52,187 nt of DNA from IMG/VR virus record IMGVR_UViG_3300009128_000001. One strand, given 5' to 3'. Below the pieces are notes generated by a model. That model had not been told where the DNA came from. It saw nothing but the letters and a program-made list of their open reading frames with translations, and searched no databases. A program made the position numbers and the translations under genes. The stretch is from an uncultured virus (IMG/VR IMGVR_UViG_3300009128_000001). Lineage: Duplodnaviria > Heunggongvirae > Uroviricota > Caudoviricetes. This document shows positions 39,247-48,283 of this stretch, piece after piece (position 1 is the stretch's first letter; each line of letters opens with the position of its first letter).

Positions 39247-39958
39247 ATTTCAACTTTCCATTTTCTATTAATTCATAATTTGATAAATATTTCTGAGCCC
39301 TATCTATAGAATTAAACATCATAATATCAATAATAGATAGCCAGGGGCAAAAATTATGTTTGAACTGTGGATATTCTATTGGTATAGTCTTAATAAATTT
39401 CAAATCTACACCTTTATCATGAAAATCTGATTGTGAATATAACTCGATCCCTCCGATGGCGTTTATATAAGTGTGTGCACCAACAGCTTCGCACAGCGCA
39501 AGTACCTTGTCTTGACCTTTTAAACTATGATCTATATCAACATCAGAAGATTTGCGTATCTCGGTTGTTATGCTTAAATGCTTACACAGTTTAACAACCG
39601 AATTATATATAAAATTAAACAAATTTATATCTTCATAATGTATAACATCCTTAATTAGCGGAAATGTATCAGAGAAGTATGGCGCCTTAATATAAGTTCC
39701 TTTTATTTTATTAAGTAGTTTGTCCCTATTAAAACTTCCCGCAATCTCTCTCTCACACACATCTAAGAAGTCCGAATCTTTCTTTATTGGCAGCGAAATT
39801 AATACATCTTTACCGTTTTGTAATATCCTGTTCCGATTTATCCATCCCTTTTTTGTATATTTAATATTATCATATATTATAAATAAATCCACAGCATGTA
39901 CCAGTTGAAAATATCCAATATATGGGAAAAAATATGGCTGCATTATTGCCAATTTCAT
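39227..39958 (-). CDS. WbqC-family protein
   Basis: MKLAIMQPYFFPYIGYFQL, WINRNRI, Y.KAPYF, YINAIGG..LY, LSIIDIMMFN. Confidence 0.92.
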   Translation of the reverse strand: MKLAIMQPYFFPYIGYFQLVHAVDLFIIYDNIKYTKKGWINRNRILQNGKDVLISLPIKKDSDFLDVCEREIAGSFNRDKLLNKIKGTYIKAPYFSDTFPLIKDVIHYEDINLFNFIYNSVVKLCKHLSITTEIRKSSDVDIDHSLKGQDKVLALCEAVGAHTYINAIGGIELYSQSDFHDKGVDLKFIKTIPIEYPQFKHNFCPWLSIIDIMMFNSIDRAQKYLSNYELIENGKLKYEYQRD

Positions 39959-39972
39959 TATGTTCTCCGGTG

Positions 39973-40632
39973 CTAAATATTATATCGCTGTTTCATTCTA
40001 TGTGGAAATCTTCGTTTGCGAGGGATGGGCACTCCCAAAAAATTACAAAGAACAGCCCAATTATTATTAGACTTAGACCAATCTACAACTAACAAATCAT
40101 CTGGCCTGTTCCTAAAATAATTTATTACTTTTTTATTTCTGTCCATATAAGATTGTATATATTTATCTCGATCTGCAACCACAGTGGTACAATCCTCAAT
40201 ATTATGTTTGTATGTTAATACCTTGCGAAAAGCCTCGACCTTTTTCTCATTCTTTGGAAAATTCTTCCTTACACGCCACAATATATCCGTGTCTCCATAC
40301 ACAGTCGTCGTGGCAAAGCGCAAAAAAGATTTAAACCACACTTTTGGGTCGCGCACAGTTAATATAAATTTACTATTTTTAAATTTACGATCAAAATGCT
40401 TATAAAAATCTAAAAGATTCCACGGAAAATCATTAAAATTTCTAAAATTATTAGCAAAAGCAATTGACGGCTCTAATAGATCATATACATCATTTTCTAC
40501 ATGTCCGATTAAACGTTTTGATGCGCCAAATTCTGCACAAGGAGAAAAGCCTAAAATATTCAAGGCGGCCCCCAACGTTGTGGTGCCGGTTTTATTATCA
40601 CTTATGCCAAATATTTTATTAATTTTTGTCAT
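39973..40632 (-). CDS. Sulfotransferase-fold protein (Sulfotransfer_4-like)
   Basis: KIFGIS..KTGTTTL..AL..LG, D.PW, KFILTVRD...WFKS, W..LCNFLG.PIP...FPH. Confidence 0.82.
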   Translation of the reverse strand: MTKINKIFGISDNKTGTTTLGAALNILGFSPCAEFGASKRLIGHVENDVYDLLEPSIAFANNFRNFNDFPWNLLDFYKHFDRKFKNSKFILTVRDPKVWFKSFLRFATTTVYGDTDILWRVRKNFPKNEKKVEAFRKVLTYKHNIEDCTTVVADRDKYIQSYMDRNKKVINYFRNRPDDLLVVDWSKSNNNWAVLCNFLGVPIPRKRRFPHRMKQRYNI

Positions 40633-40634
40633 TT

Positions 40635-41666
40635 TTATTGTCCAACAAAATGTTTAATGGCAGATAGTATACCATTAATATCTTTATTTTTCATAAAGCT
40701 ATATAATGGAAAATTTACTATTCTATTATATAATTTTGTGGAATTTAGCAATGGCTTCAGTGGCTGATAATATTTATGAGTTGTTATGTTAAATTTTTCA
40801 AAATATTTGCTGTCAATATCTTTACTGAATAATACCGGAAAGCTGTTATAAACGGTGCCTGATTTATAATTAAACGGATATACACCAGATATACCACTTA
40901 TTCCATCAATCAGCTTATTCTGCACTGCTATATGCTTATCAATATCATAACTATCAATATGGCTCAATATAAATGCCGATGTTACATCAGACATCTTAAA
41001 GTTAGAAGACAGCGGTTGATAATCTTTGTTGTCCATAAATCCAAAATTTAATAAAGAATTTATTTTATCATATTTTTCAAAAGGCGCAACTATAAAGCCG
41101 CCTTCGCCAAAACCCAAATACTTGGTGTGATGCAAGCTGCCACAAGCATAATCGCCAAAATTACAAATATTATTTCCGCCGCATTTTGAAAGCGGAGACG
41201 AAGCATTATCCAAAACCAACACTTTATTATATGTCTTACAAAATTCGGCCCAGCCATCTAAATCAACAAAAGATCCAAATAAATTAGTAATTAATATTCC
41301 GTCATATTTTTTAAGCAAATTATAGTCCATCGGCAAAGTATATGTGTCCAAATCTATATCTTGTATGTCCACATTAAATGTTGTGCCACCCACCACAACG
41401 GACGGGAATGTAAATGCCGGAGTAATCCAATTATCTACATTATGCTCGGTAGCGCTTAAAAACATTACAGCGTGTAGCGCAGAGGTCCCATTATTACAAC
41501 AGACTACCCTTTTGTTATCATCAATTTCTAAATAATCCGCCAGCCTATCTTCCAACATCCTTTTAAGAGGGCCATCATTACTAAAATGACCGGCCGTCTC
41601 AGAGACAGATAAATACCGCTTAATTCTAGAATACGAAATATGCGGTTTTTTTAAAAATTGTATCAT
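40635..41666 (-). CDS. DegT/DnrJ/EryC1/StrS PLP-dependent sugar aminotransferase (likely start 41666)
   Basis: NNGTSAL, PAFTF, LDNA, SLHHTKYLGFGEGG (catalytic Lys), NFKMSD; ATGA overlap. Confidence 0.9.
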   Translation of the reverse strand: MIQFLKKPHISYSRIKRYLSVSETAGHFSNDGPLKRMLEDRLADYLEIDDNKRVVCCNNGTSALHAVMFLSATEHNVDNWITPAFTFPSVVVGGTTFNVDIQDIDLDTYTLPMDYNLLKKYDGILITNLFGSFVDLDGWAEFCKTYNKVLVLDNASSPLSKCGGNNICNFGDYACGSLHHTKYLGFGEGGFIVAPFEKYDKINSLLNFGFMDNKDYQPLSSNFKMSDVTSAFILSHIDSYDIDKHIAVQNKLIDGISGISGVYPFNYKSGTVYNSFPVLFSKDIDSKYFEKFNITTHKYYQPLKPLLNSTKLYNRIVNFPLYSFMKNKDINGILSAIKHFVGQ

Positions 41667-42445
41667 ATCAACAATGTCTCCGGTATTTCTATGCCAAGCT
41701 TGTTTGCTTTTCTTATATATTGCCGAATTCTTCTTTTGCAATATTTTATAGTGGTCGGGTTATTGCGCTTCCTTTTTGGCCCCATTCTTTGGTTTACGAC
41801 TCGACCAAAAAATTTCTCCGTCCTATCGGTAAATGTAATATTTAATTGATTGAACAGCTTCTGAACGCTTTCTTTATTATTTAACGCATCAAGCTCGGCC
41901 TCGTGAACTTTAATATTTTGGTACTGCGCTTTAAACCGCAGCGCTCTCGCCTCAATATCAATCAAATAACCTATGCAAATGTCATAATGGTCTAGGCTGT
42001 TATCCGGCCCAATACATTGTATGGCTGCAGTCTTGGCGTTAGGGCTAGACATCCACCCTCGTGATTCTGGATTTTTGTTTAAGTAGGATAATTCTATAAA
42101 GCTCTTTAACACACTGGGCAAATACCTCCGCAACAACACAACTTCTACTTTGGACCCATAGTGATGTATTACAACGTCATGAAATGTCTTTATAAACATA
42201 TGATTAGTTTCACAATATATTTTGCCTTGTATTTGATTTCGTTTCTGTTGTATGGCATGCACTTTTTTCATTCTTTGTTGAAACGATCTTCTCATCGGCG
42301 CATTATTCACCATTTTCAGATATTGGCCACTCATAAACGGCTGCGCCTCATGAAATGACACCACCTCTGCAGATGTCCCCAATAATTTGGCCAAATAATT
42401 CGATCCAGATCGGCCAGAATTTATACTAAAAAATAATCTAGACAT
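41663..42445 (-). CDS. Sulfotransferase-fold protein
   Basis: FSINSGRSGSNYL...L......HE..P, Y.ETN, VLLRR....LKS. Confidence 0.7.
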   Translation of the reverse strand: MSRLFFSINSGRSGSNYLAKLLGTSAEVVSFHEAQPFMSGQYLKMVNNAPMRRSFQQRMKKVHAIQQKRNQIQGKIYCETNHMFIKTFHDVVIHHYGSKVEVVLLRRYLPSVLKSFIELSYLNKNPESRGWMSSPNAKTAAIQCIGPDNSLDHYDICIGYLIDIEARALRFKAQYQNIKVHEAELDALNNKESVQKLFNQLNITFTDRTEKFFGRVVNQRMGPKRKRNNPTTIKYCKRRIRQYIRKANKLGIEIPETLLI

Positions 42446-43257
42446 TATTTTCCTCTGCGTTGCTGGCGGCGATGCCTTCTATTATGAGCCAGATGTGCGG
42501 CATGTGCCCGCTGCAATCGCCCAACATAACGTTTTAACTCCGGTTTCCCTTCGATAGTTTTGTTATTTATAATTACCACACTATTAAATTGTTTAATGCG
42601 TGGAAGCGGTATCCCAAGAGCACTCATATCATCAGCTGCATTTTTTGTCAGCACATCATGTCTTGTAGTTTCTCCGAACTTACCGATGCTCCTTATTGGA
42701 ATATACATACTATGATCAACTAACGTAAATTTATTTTTTCTATCTAAATATCTTATCTTATAATTTTGCGGCAATTCTTTTAATAAAAATAACTTTTTCA
42801 ATATTTTGGCCTTAATAAATTGATGAAACCAAAATCCATTTTTCGTAAAATGCGAATGAAAACTCATCTCGCCGATTTTTATGCTAGGTCGAGATAATAA
42901 TTTTGGCTTGTTTGCACTTAATAATCTTACACAATCAAAGTTTACCTTATTATTAGTTAAATAATTATATATATCCTGCATATATTCGGCTGATAACTCT
43001 TTTGGATAAATATCATCGAACGCCCAAAATATAAACTCCTCATCATGAATACCTTGTAACAACTTCTGCATAGTTGGTTTTACATGTTTCTGCGTTTTAA
43101 CAAGGCGCACATTCGGATTTCGGGCAAAACTTGGTTTATGCTGGTTAAACGGAACTATAAATCGTAACGGATGTCCTGGCCATAACTTATTATAAGATTT
43201 GATAACTAATTCCGCTAACTGTACACGCGCATCATAGGTTAATATCAGTGCTCTCAT
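42445..43257 (-). CDS. Putative GT-A glycosyltransferase-like protein (likely start 43257); paralog of 43265..43999
   Basis: MRALILTY...Y...WP.HP..FIVP, FIFWAFDD, FWFHQFIKA; Arg-rich tail. Confidence 0.55.
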   Translation of the reverse strand: MRALILTYDARVQLAELVIKSYNKLWPGHPLRFIVPFNQHKPSFARNPNVRLVKTQKHVKPTMQKLLQGIHDEEFIFWAFDDIYPKELSAEYMQDIYNYLTNNKVNFDCVRLLSANKPKLLSRPSIKIGEMSFHSHFTKNGFWFHQFIKAKILKKLFLLKELPQNYKIRYLDRKNKFTLVDHSMYIPIRSIGKFGETTRHDVLTKNAADDMSALGIPLPRIKQFNSVVIINNKTIEGKPELKRYVGRLQRAHAAHLAHNRRHRRQQRRGK

Positions 43258-43264
43258 AGTTTTC

Positions 43265-43999
43265 TCAGTTGAAATAAACGTTTTTGTGAAAATCTCGCAT
43301 ATGTGGCAATGAAATGCCATATTCAGTCATTAAGCGCTTACAGTTTGGGGTCAGCCTGTCTCCAACGGTTGTTTCGCCCATTTTTATCAAGGATTTTTGT
43401 GGGACATATATGGTATGTCTAAACATCTCGCTATTTTTTAGTATAAAATGGCCAACTGTCCTTGCCGAATAATTTTGTGGCAATTGTTTGCATAAAAAAA
43501 TACGCTTAAGCACACCGGCTTTTATAAATTGATGATGCCAAAACCCCCATGCCAAATTGCCACGATATATATAAAATTCTCGGCCACCTATTTTAACATC
43601 ACAAGGCATATTTCCTGGCAGGCCCTTGTGTGCAGCCTTCCTTGGTATTTTCATGAACCGCATTGAATCAAACTCAAACTTTCTCGACTCTACAATAGAA
43701 TATATTTTTTTGATAATATTTAAATCAAATATTTTGTCAGCATATCTGTCATCAGTACACCAATATACAAATTCATCATTTGGAACGCCTTGCAACAAAC
43801 GCTTCATTGTTCTCTTTATATCTGGCGCAGTTCGAACCGTATAAACATTTTTCATATTAGAAAACAGTCTGCTATTATTCCGGCGATTTATCGGAACAAT
43901 AAAATCAAAGGGATGGTCCTTCCACTGTTTTTCGTAACAAGAAATGACAAGCTTTGCGATGCTTAATCTTTTGTTATATGTTAATACTATTGCTCTCAT
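43265..43999 (-). CDS. Putative GT-A glycosyltransferase-like protein; paralog of 42445..43257
   Basis: MRAIVLTY...Y...W.DHP..FIVP, FVYWCTDD, FWHHQFIKA, GETT. Confidence 0.55.
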   Translation of the reverse strand: MRAIVLTYNKRLSIAKLVISCYEKQWKDHPFDFIVPINRRNNSRLFSNMKNVYTVRTAPDIKRTMKRLLQGVPNDEFVYWCTDDRYADKIFDLNIIKKIYSIVESRKFEFDSMRFMKIPRKAAHKGLPGNMPCDVKIGGREFYIYRGNLAWGFWHHQFIKAGVLKRIFLCKQLPQNYSARTVGHFILKNSEMFRHTIYVPQKSLIKMGETTVGDRLTPNCKRLMTEYGISLPHMRDFHKNVYFN

Positions 44000-44014
44000 T
44001 TTGTGTCAATTATG

Positions 44015-44038
44015 CGTTATATAGCACTATATAACATG
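44015..44038. promoter_or_regulatory. Palindrome between divergent genes; putative back-to-back promoters/operator
   Basis: GTTATATAG-CA-CTATATAAC at 44016-44035 in a 63-bp divergent gap. Confidence 0.55.
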
Positions 44039-44062
44039 TTATTTATGTGATAGGTAAATTAA

Positions 44063-44833
44063 ATGATAATCCAATCATTCAAAAACTCGAATAAAATCCT
44101 GTCTGTACTTGGGCTTCCGCATTCGGGAACAACCATTGTGTCTAACACATTCAACTCTATGAATAATGGCTTCTGTCTATCAGAACCACACTGGATATTA
44201 CTGTCTCGCCCGCATATGTTAACATTTGATAAGGTAAAAAATCTAGAACTTAAAAACGCCAAACAAATAATGCGCAAAATAAAAAACAAGGTCGTATCAT
44301 CACAATTCGATTTTGGCGGCGTAAAAGAAACATACAGACCTCAAGATAAAAATATGAAACTATATTTTGATCATATTATAAATATGTCGGACATTGTAGC
44401 GTTCGTTGTTAGAGAGCCAAAAGCACTGTATAATAGTTTTAAATTAGAGGCCAAAAGAGCCCAAAGAAAACGCCCAATGCCACTAGCGAGACTGTTTGCC
44501 GACTATAAATCTCTATATGACCAAATAACCAAAAATATAGATAAAAGTGTTGTTTTTACTCTAGAAGATTTTTGTAATGCAGGCAATACTGGAATAAAAA
44601 ATTATATACGAAATAAATCAGGTGATAATATAAATATCAAAGGCAAGTTTGAATTACATCCAACGGATTACAAATATGGGAACTCCGTGGCCAATAGAAG
44701 TAAAAAAATTATGCCACCAAATATTAATATATCTTTATTATCTGGCCAGGAAAAAAGGCAAGTCAACAACGAACTCTATAGTATCTATACACAATTAGCT
44801 GAATGGCCAGACCTCAAGCCCATGAATAGCTAA
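44063..44833 (+). CDS. Sulfotransferase-fold protein (Sulfotransfer_3-like)
   Basis: VLGLPHSGTTIV, LSEP, GVKE, FVVREPKALYNS, LEDF. Confidence 0.75.
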   Translation: MIIQSFKNSNKILSVLGLPHSGTTIVSNTFNSMNNGFCLSEPHWILLSRPHMLTFDKVKNLELKNAKQIMRKIKNKVVSSQFDFGGVKETYRPQDKNMKLYFDHIINMSDIVAFVVREPKALYNSFKLEAKRAQRKRPMPLARLFADYKSLYDQITKNIDKSVVFTLEDFCNAGNTGIKNYIRNKSGDNINIKGKFELHPTDYKYGNSVANRSKKIMPPNINISLLSGQEKRQVNNELYSIYTQLAEWPDLKPMNS

Positions 44834-45709
44834 ACAAACATCGTTGGAAATTAATATATTTTTGATGTGCTGATTATCCTTCATATTATATACAGAAATC
44901 ATTCCGGGAGAAGAGCCTCCAATTATAAAGCGCTTGAAACGCGTGAGCCCCCTGGCAAACGGCTGCCGCGCTGTACGCGCAGTAATATCGCCATTGACCA
45001 TTTTGTGCCTGGGAATTCTTGTTATATTAAAGGTTTGTAACATTCTGTTATTTTTAATATTTTTAATTACTATTCTGCCATTATCAGTATCATTCATGAT
45101 AATTTTATTCCTACCCATCGGATAACAATTATGTGTACGAGGAGGAATTTTACAATATACAGACATCCTTAATCGCCGATCAATCAATAGAAGATCATGC
45201 CTATTTGTGCCAGATATAAAAATACCCCTTTCATCGCAGAATACACTATTTATATGCATCGAGTCGTAGGATTTAACTCCTATATATTTGCGCACATCCA
45301 TCTTAACAACAGACTTGCCTCGAACTTTAATGCCATATAAAAATTTTCTATTTTTTAGGTCAAATAAAATTATGGAGTTATGCCCAGTTGATGTAATATA
45401 TAAAACATCTTTATACACATAGGTTTCATGACAAAATTTCAAGCAATCATGATTAATAATATCTATGATATTAAACTGTTTATCAAATAAAATAATACTA
45501 TACGCTGATACTACCACCACCATATCTTTATAGAAAGCAAGTCCCCTCAAACCACGGTCAAGCCCTCGACCAATCCAATTTATACTTTCTTGATATTCAG
45601 AAACAGTATCAAATGTGCCAGTCTCTAAATCTACCAAATACAATCCGCCATGCTTCTTGTTTTTGCGGGAATTTCTAATAATATTGCTTGTTAATACTTT
45701 AGGCAGCAT
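44795..45709 (-). CDS. Beta-propeller-like hypothetical protein
   Basis: RGLRGLAF, HE, STG.NSI..FD, HINSV, THN, NDT, FARGL repeats; overlaps the convergent gene by 39 bp. Confidence 0.6.
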   Translation of the reverse strand: MLPKVLTSNIIRNSRKNKKHGGLYLVDLETGTFDTVSEYQESINWIGRGLDRGLRGLAFYKDMVVVVSAYSIILFDKQFNIIDIINHDCLKFCHETYVYKDVLYITSTGHNSIILFDLKNRKFLYGIKVRGKSVVKMDVRKYIGVKSYDSMHINSVFCDERGIFISGTNRHDLLLIDRRLRMSVYCKIPPRTHNCYPMGRNKIIMNDTDNGRIVIKNIKNNRMLQTFNITRIPRHKMVNGDITARTARQPFARGLTRFKRFIIGGSSPGMISVYNMKDNQHIKNILISNDVCLAIHGLEVWPFS

Positions 45710-45710
45710 G

Positions 45711-46700
45711 TTATTTTAACCCAACTATTTCGAACAATTCTTTTATACGGCTTAAGTATGTATGCTCTGCAAAAACTTGAGCAGCCCCAGAATCACCAAC
45801 ATAATCCGCAAAATCGGGATTATTAACTAATTTTTTTACTGCCGGCGCAATATCATTTACTGTATTGGCAATAATAAGATCGCAATTATGAGTAAAATAT
45901 GATCCCCATTTTGGAAACTTTAAAGAAACTGTAGGTCTGCCACACGCCATACACATTAACAATCTGTCAGAAAAATAATGTGTTAAATTATTATAATGAC
46001 TCACGCTTAAAACGCACACACTATCATGATAAATTTTAGATACTTTGCGCTGATCTAAGCTGCCACTAGATCTAAAATTCCTAGGCCACCCATTGCCAAA
46101 TAATCCAAATTTGTTACCAAATTCTTTTCTTAGCAATCTACACGCGCGCTCTCTATCATGCCGGCCAGGATACCCCTCTTTAGTATTATTATTGCCAATA
46201 AAAGACACATAATAGGTATAATTCTTTCTGCGTGTCGGTTCTGGGTGATATAATTTCGGATCATACCCTATTTGCCAATAATATACCTCTTTTCCTATCG
46301 ACTTTTTGAACATATTTAGCTGCCCAGTAGACGATATAAAATTATAATCAGCCACATTAGCCATGTTCCTAAAAGCAGCAGGCACATAATTGCGCACATC
46401 GCCAGTCCAATTAGAAATGATAGTTTTTGGAAGCGCTTTTTTAATTTGGCGCATAGTTCCATAATCTATTACATCGGTATGTTGCACCTGTATGTGTATA
46501 AGATCTGGTTTTATATTTTTTGCACATTCTATTAGTTCTTTACGGACCCTTGGCTTGCTCCTACCTTGTTGCTCAAAAACATAAAAATAATCAAAAATAA
46601 ATAGATTCGCACCAACTTCACGAAATGCATCATACACTCCCTGCTGTATAACATCACCATAGTTGGGTCAAAGCGGGAGGAATAAAACTTTTATTGCCAC
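45711..46700 (-). CDS. CgeB-like GT-B glycosyltransferase with in-frame TGA at codon 11 (readthrough or pseudogene); ORF track starts at 46637
   Basis: W.GD, GYDP..Y.P, VSFIG, FG.GW, YFSDRLL..MACG, AEHTY..R; SD GGAGGTG plus GTG 46700 gives MAIKVLFLPL*PNYGDVIQQGVYDAF. Confidence 0.75.
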
Positions 46701-46701
46701 C

Positions 46702-47511
46702 CTACACCTCCCTTCTTTTATAATAAACATTAAAAAATAACATTTTTTTCCTATTAAGACAAAGATGATTGCCAGTGTACAAATACGACCGCAACTTAAT
46801 TATTTCAGACTTTTTGGTAATAATTACTCTGCTTAGATGTTTATATATCGTTGGAATAACTCTAGAGACCACATTATTTTGTTTTAATATATCTTGTACA
46901 GAACAACAAAGACTAGTTGTTGTTATAATGCTCCAGCTTGCCCTATTTTCTTTATCTATACGTATAGATCCGTCACTATCGCTAAATCCGCGAATAAAAT
47001 GGCTTGTTAATACCTTTTTGATCTTAGGTATTTCTAAAGATGAGTTTTTAATTTCTGGCATACCTAGCCTCATCAAATCCTCTACCATATCCCGACGCCC
47101 TATAGCCAATGTTGATGACTTAGTTTCTGTTCCAAGTCTATCCCTGATCCTATCCGTTATTGGATGATTAGATGACATAGCTTTTCTCATATCTTCCAAT
47201 ATTGCCCGATCTTTACTGGCTATTTCTATTCGTATTTGGTGATTCCCCTTTTTGTTTTGAAGGTTTCCGTCTCCCCACAAAAACCCCAATATATACGCCT
47301 TTTCCGACGTATTAATCTTCTTAAAAAAACTCTCATTTATTTTATATTTACGGTTACGTTCATTTCTAGGTGTTGTTTGAATGTTAAGCTCTTTTAGAAT
47401 ATCGCTTACACTTTTTTTACAAATATTCAGTTCTTCCGCTACAGCTTGTATTCTGCCCAGTTTTTTATATGAACTAGCCACCCGTTTTCTATCTATTCGT
47501 TTTTGTGCCAT
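46702..47511 (-). mobile_element. Free-standing LAGLIDADG homing endonuclease gene 2 with N-terminal HTH (likely start 47511)
   Basis: AYILGFLWGDGNL and HFIRGFSDSDGSI; RKY..NE.FF..INT.EKAY; CLNRK. Confidence 0.88.
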
Positions 47512-47546
47512 ATTACTATGTAGTAATACCCCGTAATTCAAATATA

Positions 47547-48275
47547 TTATATCCTCACCCAACCATCAGGCACCAAGTCCGAAGTATCATGTGTTGGTGC
47601 TAATTTTGGACCAAACCATTTTAACGGCGCAATAATTTTCTTATCTGGATTCGGGTTTAACCACGCAGCCCACCAAGAAAACGAAGAATTTGCTATGATA
47701 TTATTCTCACACGCCATCATCAGCGCCAAATCATGAGGAGGATGATTATTCTCAATTACATCAAACTTTTTGCCAACAAAATGGCTTTTGCACCACTCCA
47801 CATCATCCGAAAAAACCAAAAACCTCTTAACATTCAACATGCTCATTGCTCGTTCATAGTATCCCATATTAAGTTTAACATAACATCCGGCCAAATGTGG
47901 CTCAAGATAATCCCCGCGCCTAACATGAATGCTTGCGGTCTTGGGCAATGATTGAACAGAACGTTTTGGCGCCAATAGTTTACTAATATCCTCTTCACAA
48001 TGTTTAAAGTATTTTTCAGACTGAAAATACCCAAATAAATCTAAATTATTACGGTATGGGATTGGTTTATACGTAAATCCAGGCTCCTCATATCGATGTT
48101 TTATTATTATATTATCGGCGTAACAACCCGAAATATTAAGATCCTTCCAGTATTGCCATCGTGGAAAAATATAACTATCATTATGCTTTAGGGCCACACC
48201 TATAGTTGCGGCCATCTGAAACATAGAGTTTCCAAGACGACCATGATCTCCTAATTGCGAAAATGCTACCGGCAT
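47547..48275 (-). CDS. GT11 alpha-1,2-fucosyltransferase-like protein
   Basis: GRLGNSMFQ, GYFQSEKYF, SIHVRRGDY, VFSDD, IIANSSFSWWAAWL, P..W. Confidence 0.92.
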   Translation of the reverse strand: MPVAFSQLGDHGRLGNSMFQMAATIGVALKHNDSYIFPRWQYWKDLNISGCYADNIIIKHRYEEPGFTYKPIPYRNNLDLFGYFQSEKYFKHCEEDISKLLAPKRSVQSLPKTASIHVRRGDYLEPHLAGCYVKLNMGYYERAMSMLNVKRFLVFSDDVEWCKSHFVGKKFDVIENNHPPHDLALMMACENNIIANSSFSWWAAWLNPNPDKKIIAPLKWFGPKLAPTHDTSDLVPDGWVRI

Positions 48276-48283
48276 AAATGTTC

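Noticed and set aside
46665..46680. prfB-type +1 frameshift at CTT TGA C
   Set aside because: The downstream coding sequence is in the same frame and there is no internal SD 3 nt upstream, so a +1 shift would not restore the protein.
10617..47562. Group I introns hosting the two LAGLIDADG ORFs
   Set aside because: Upstream genes (map, GT11) end with complete C-termini, and there is almost no flanking non-coding sequence for a ribozyme core.
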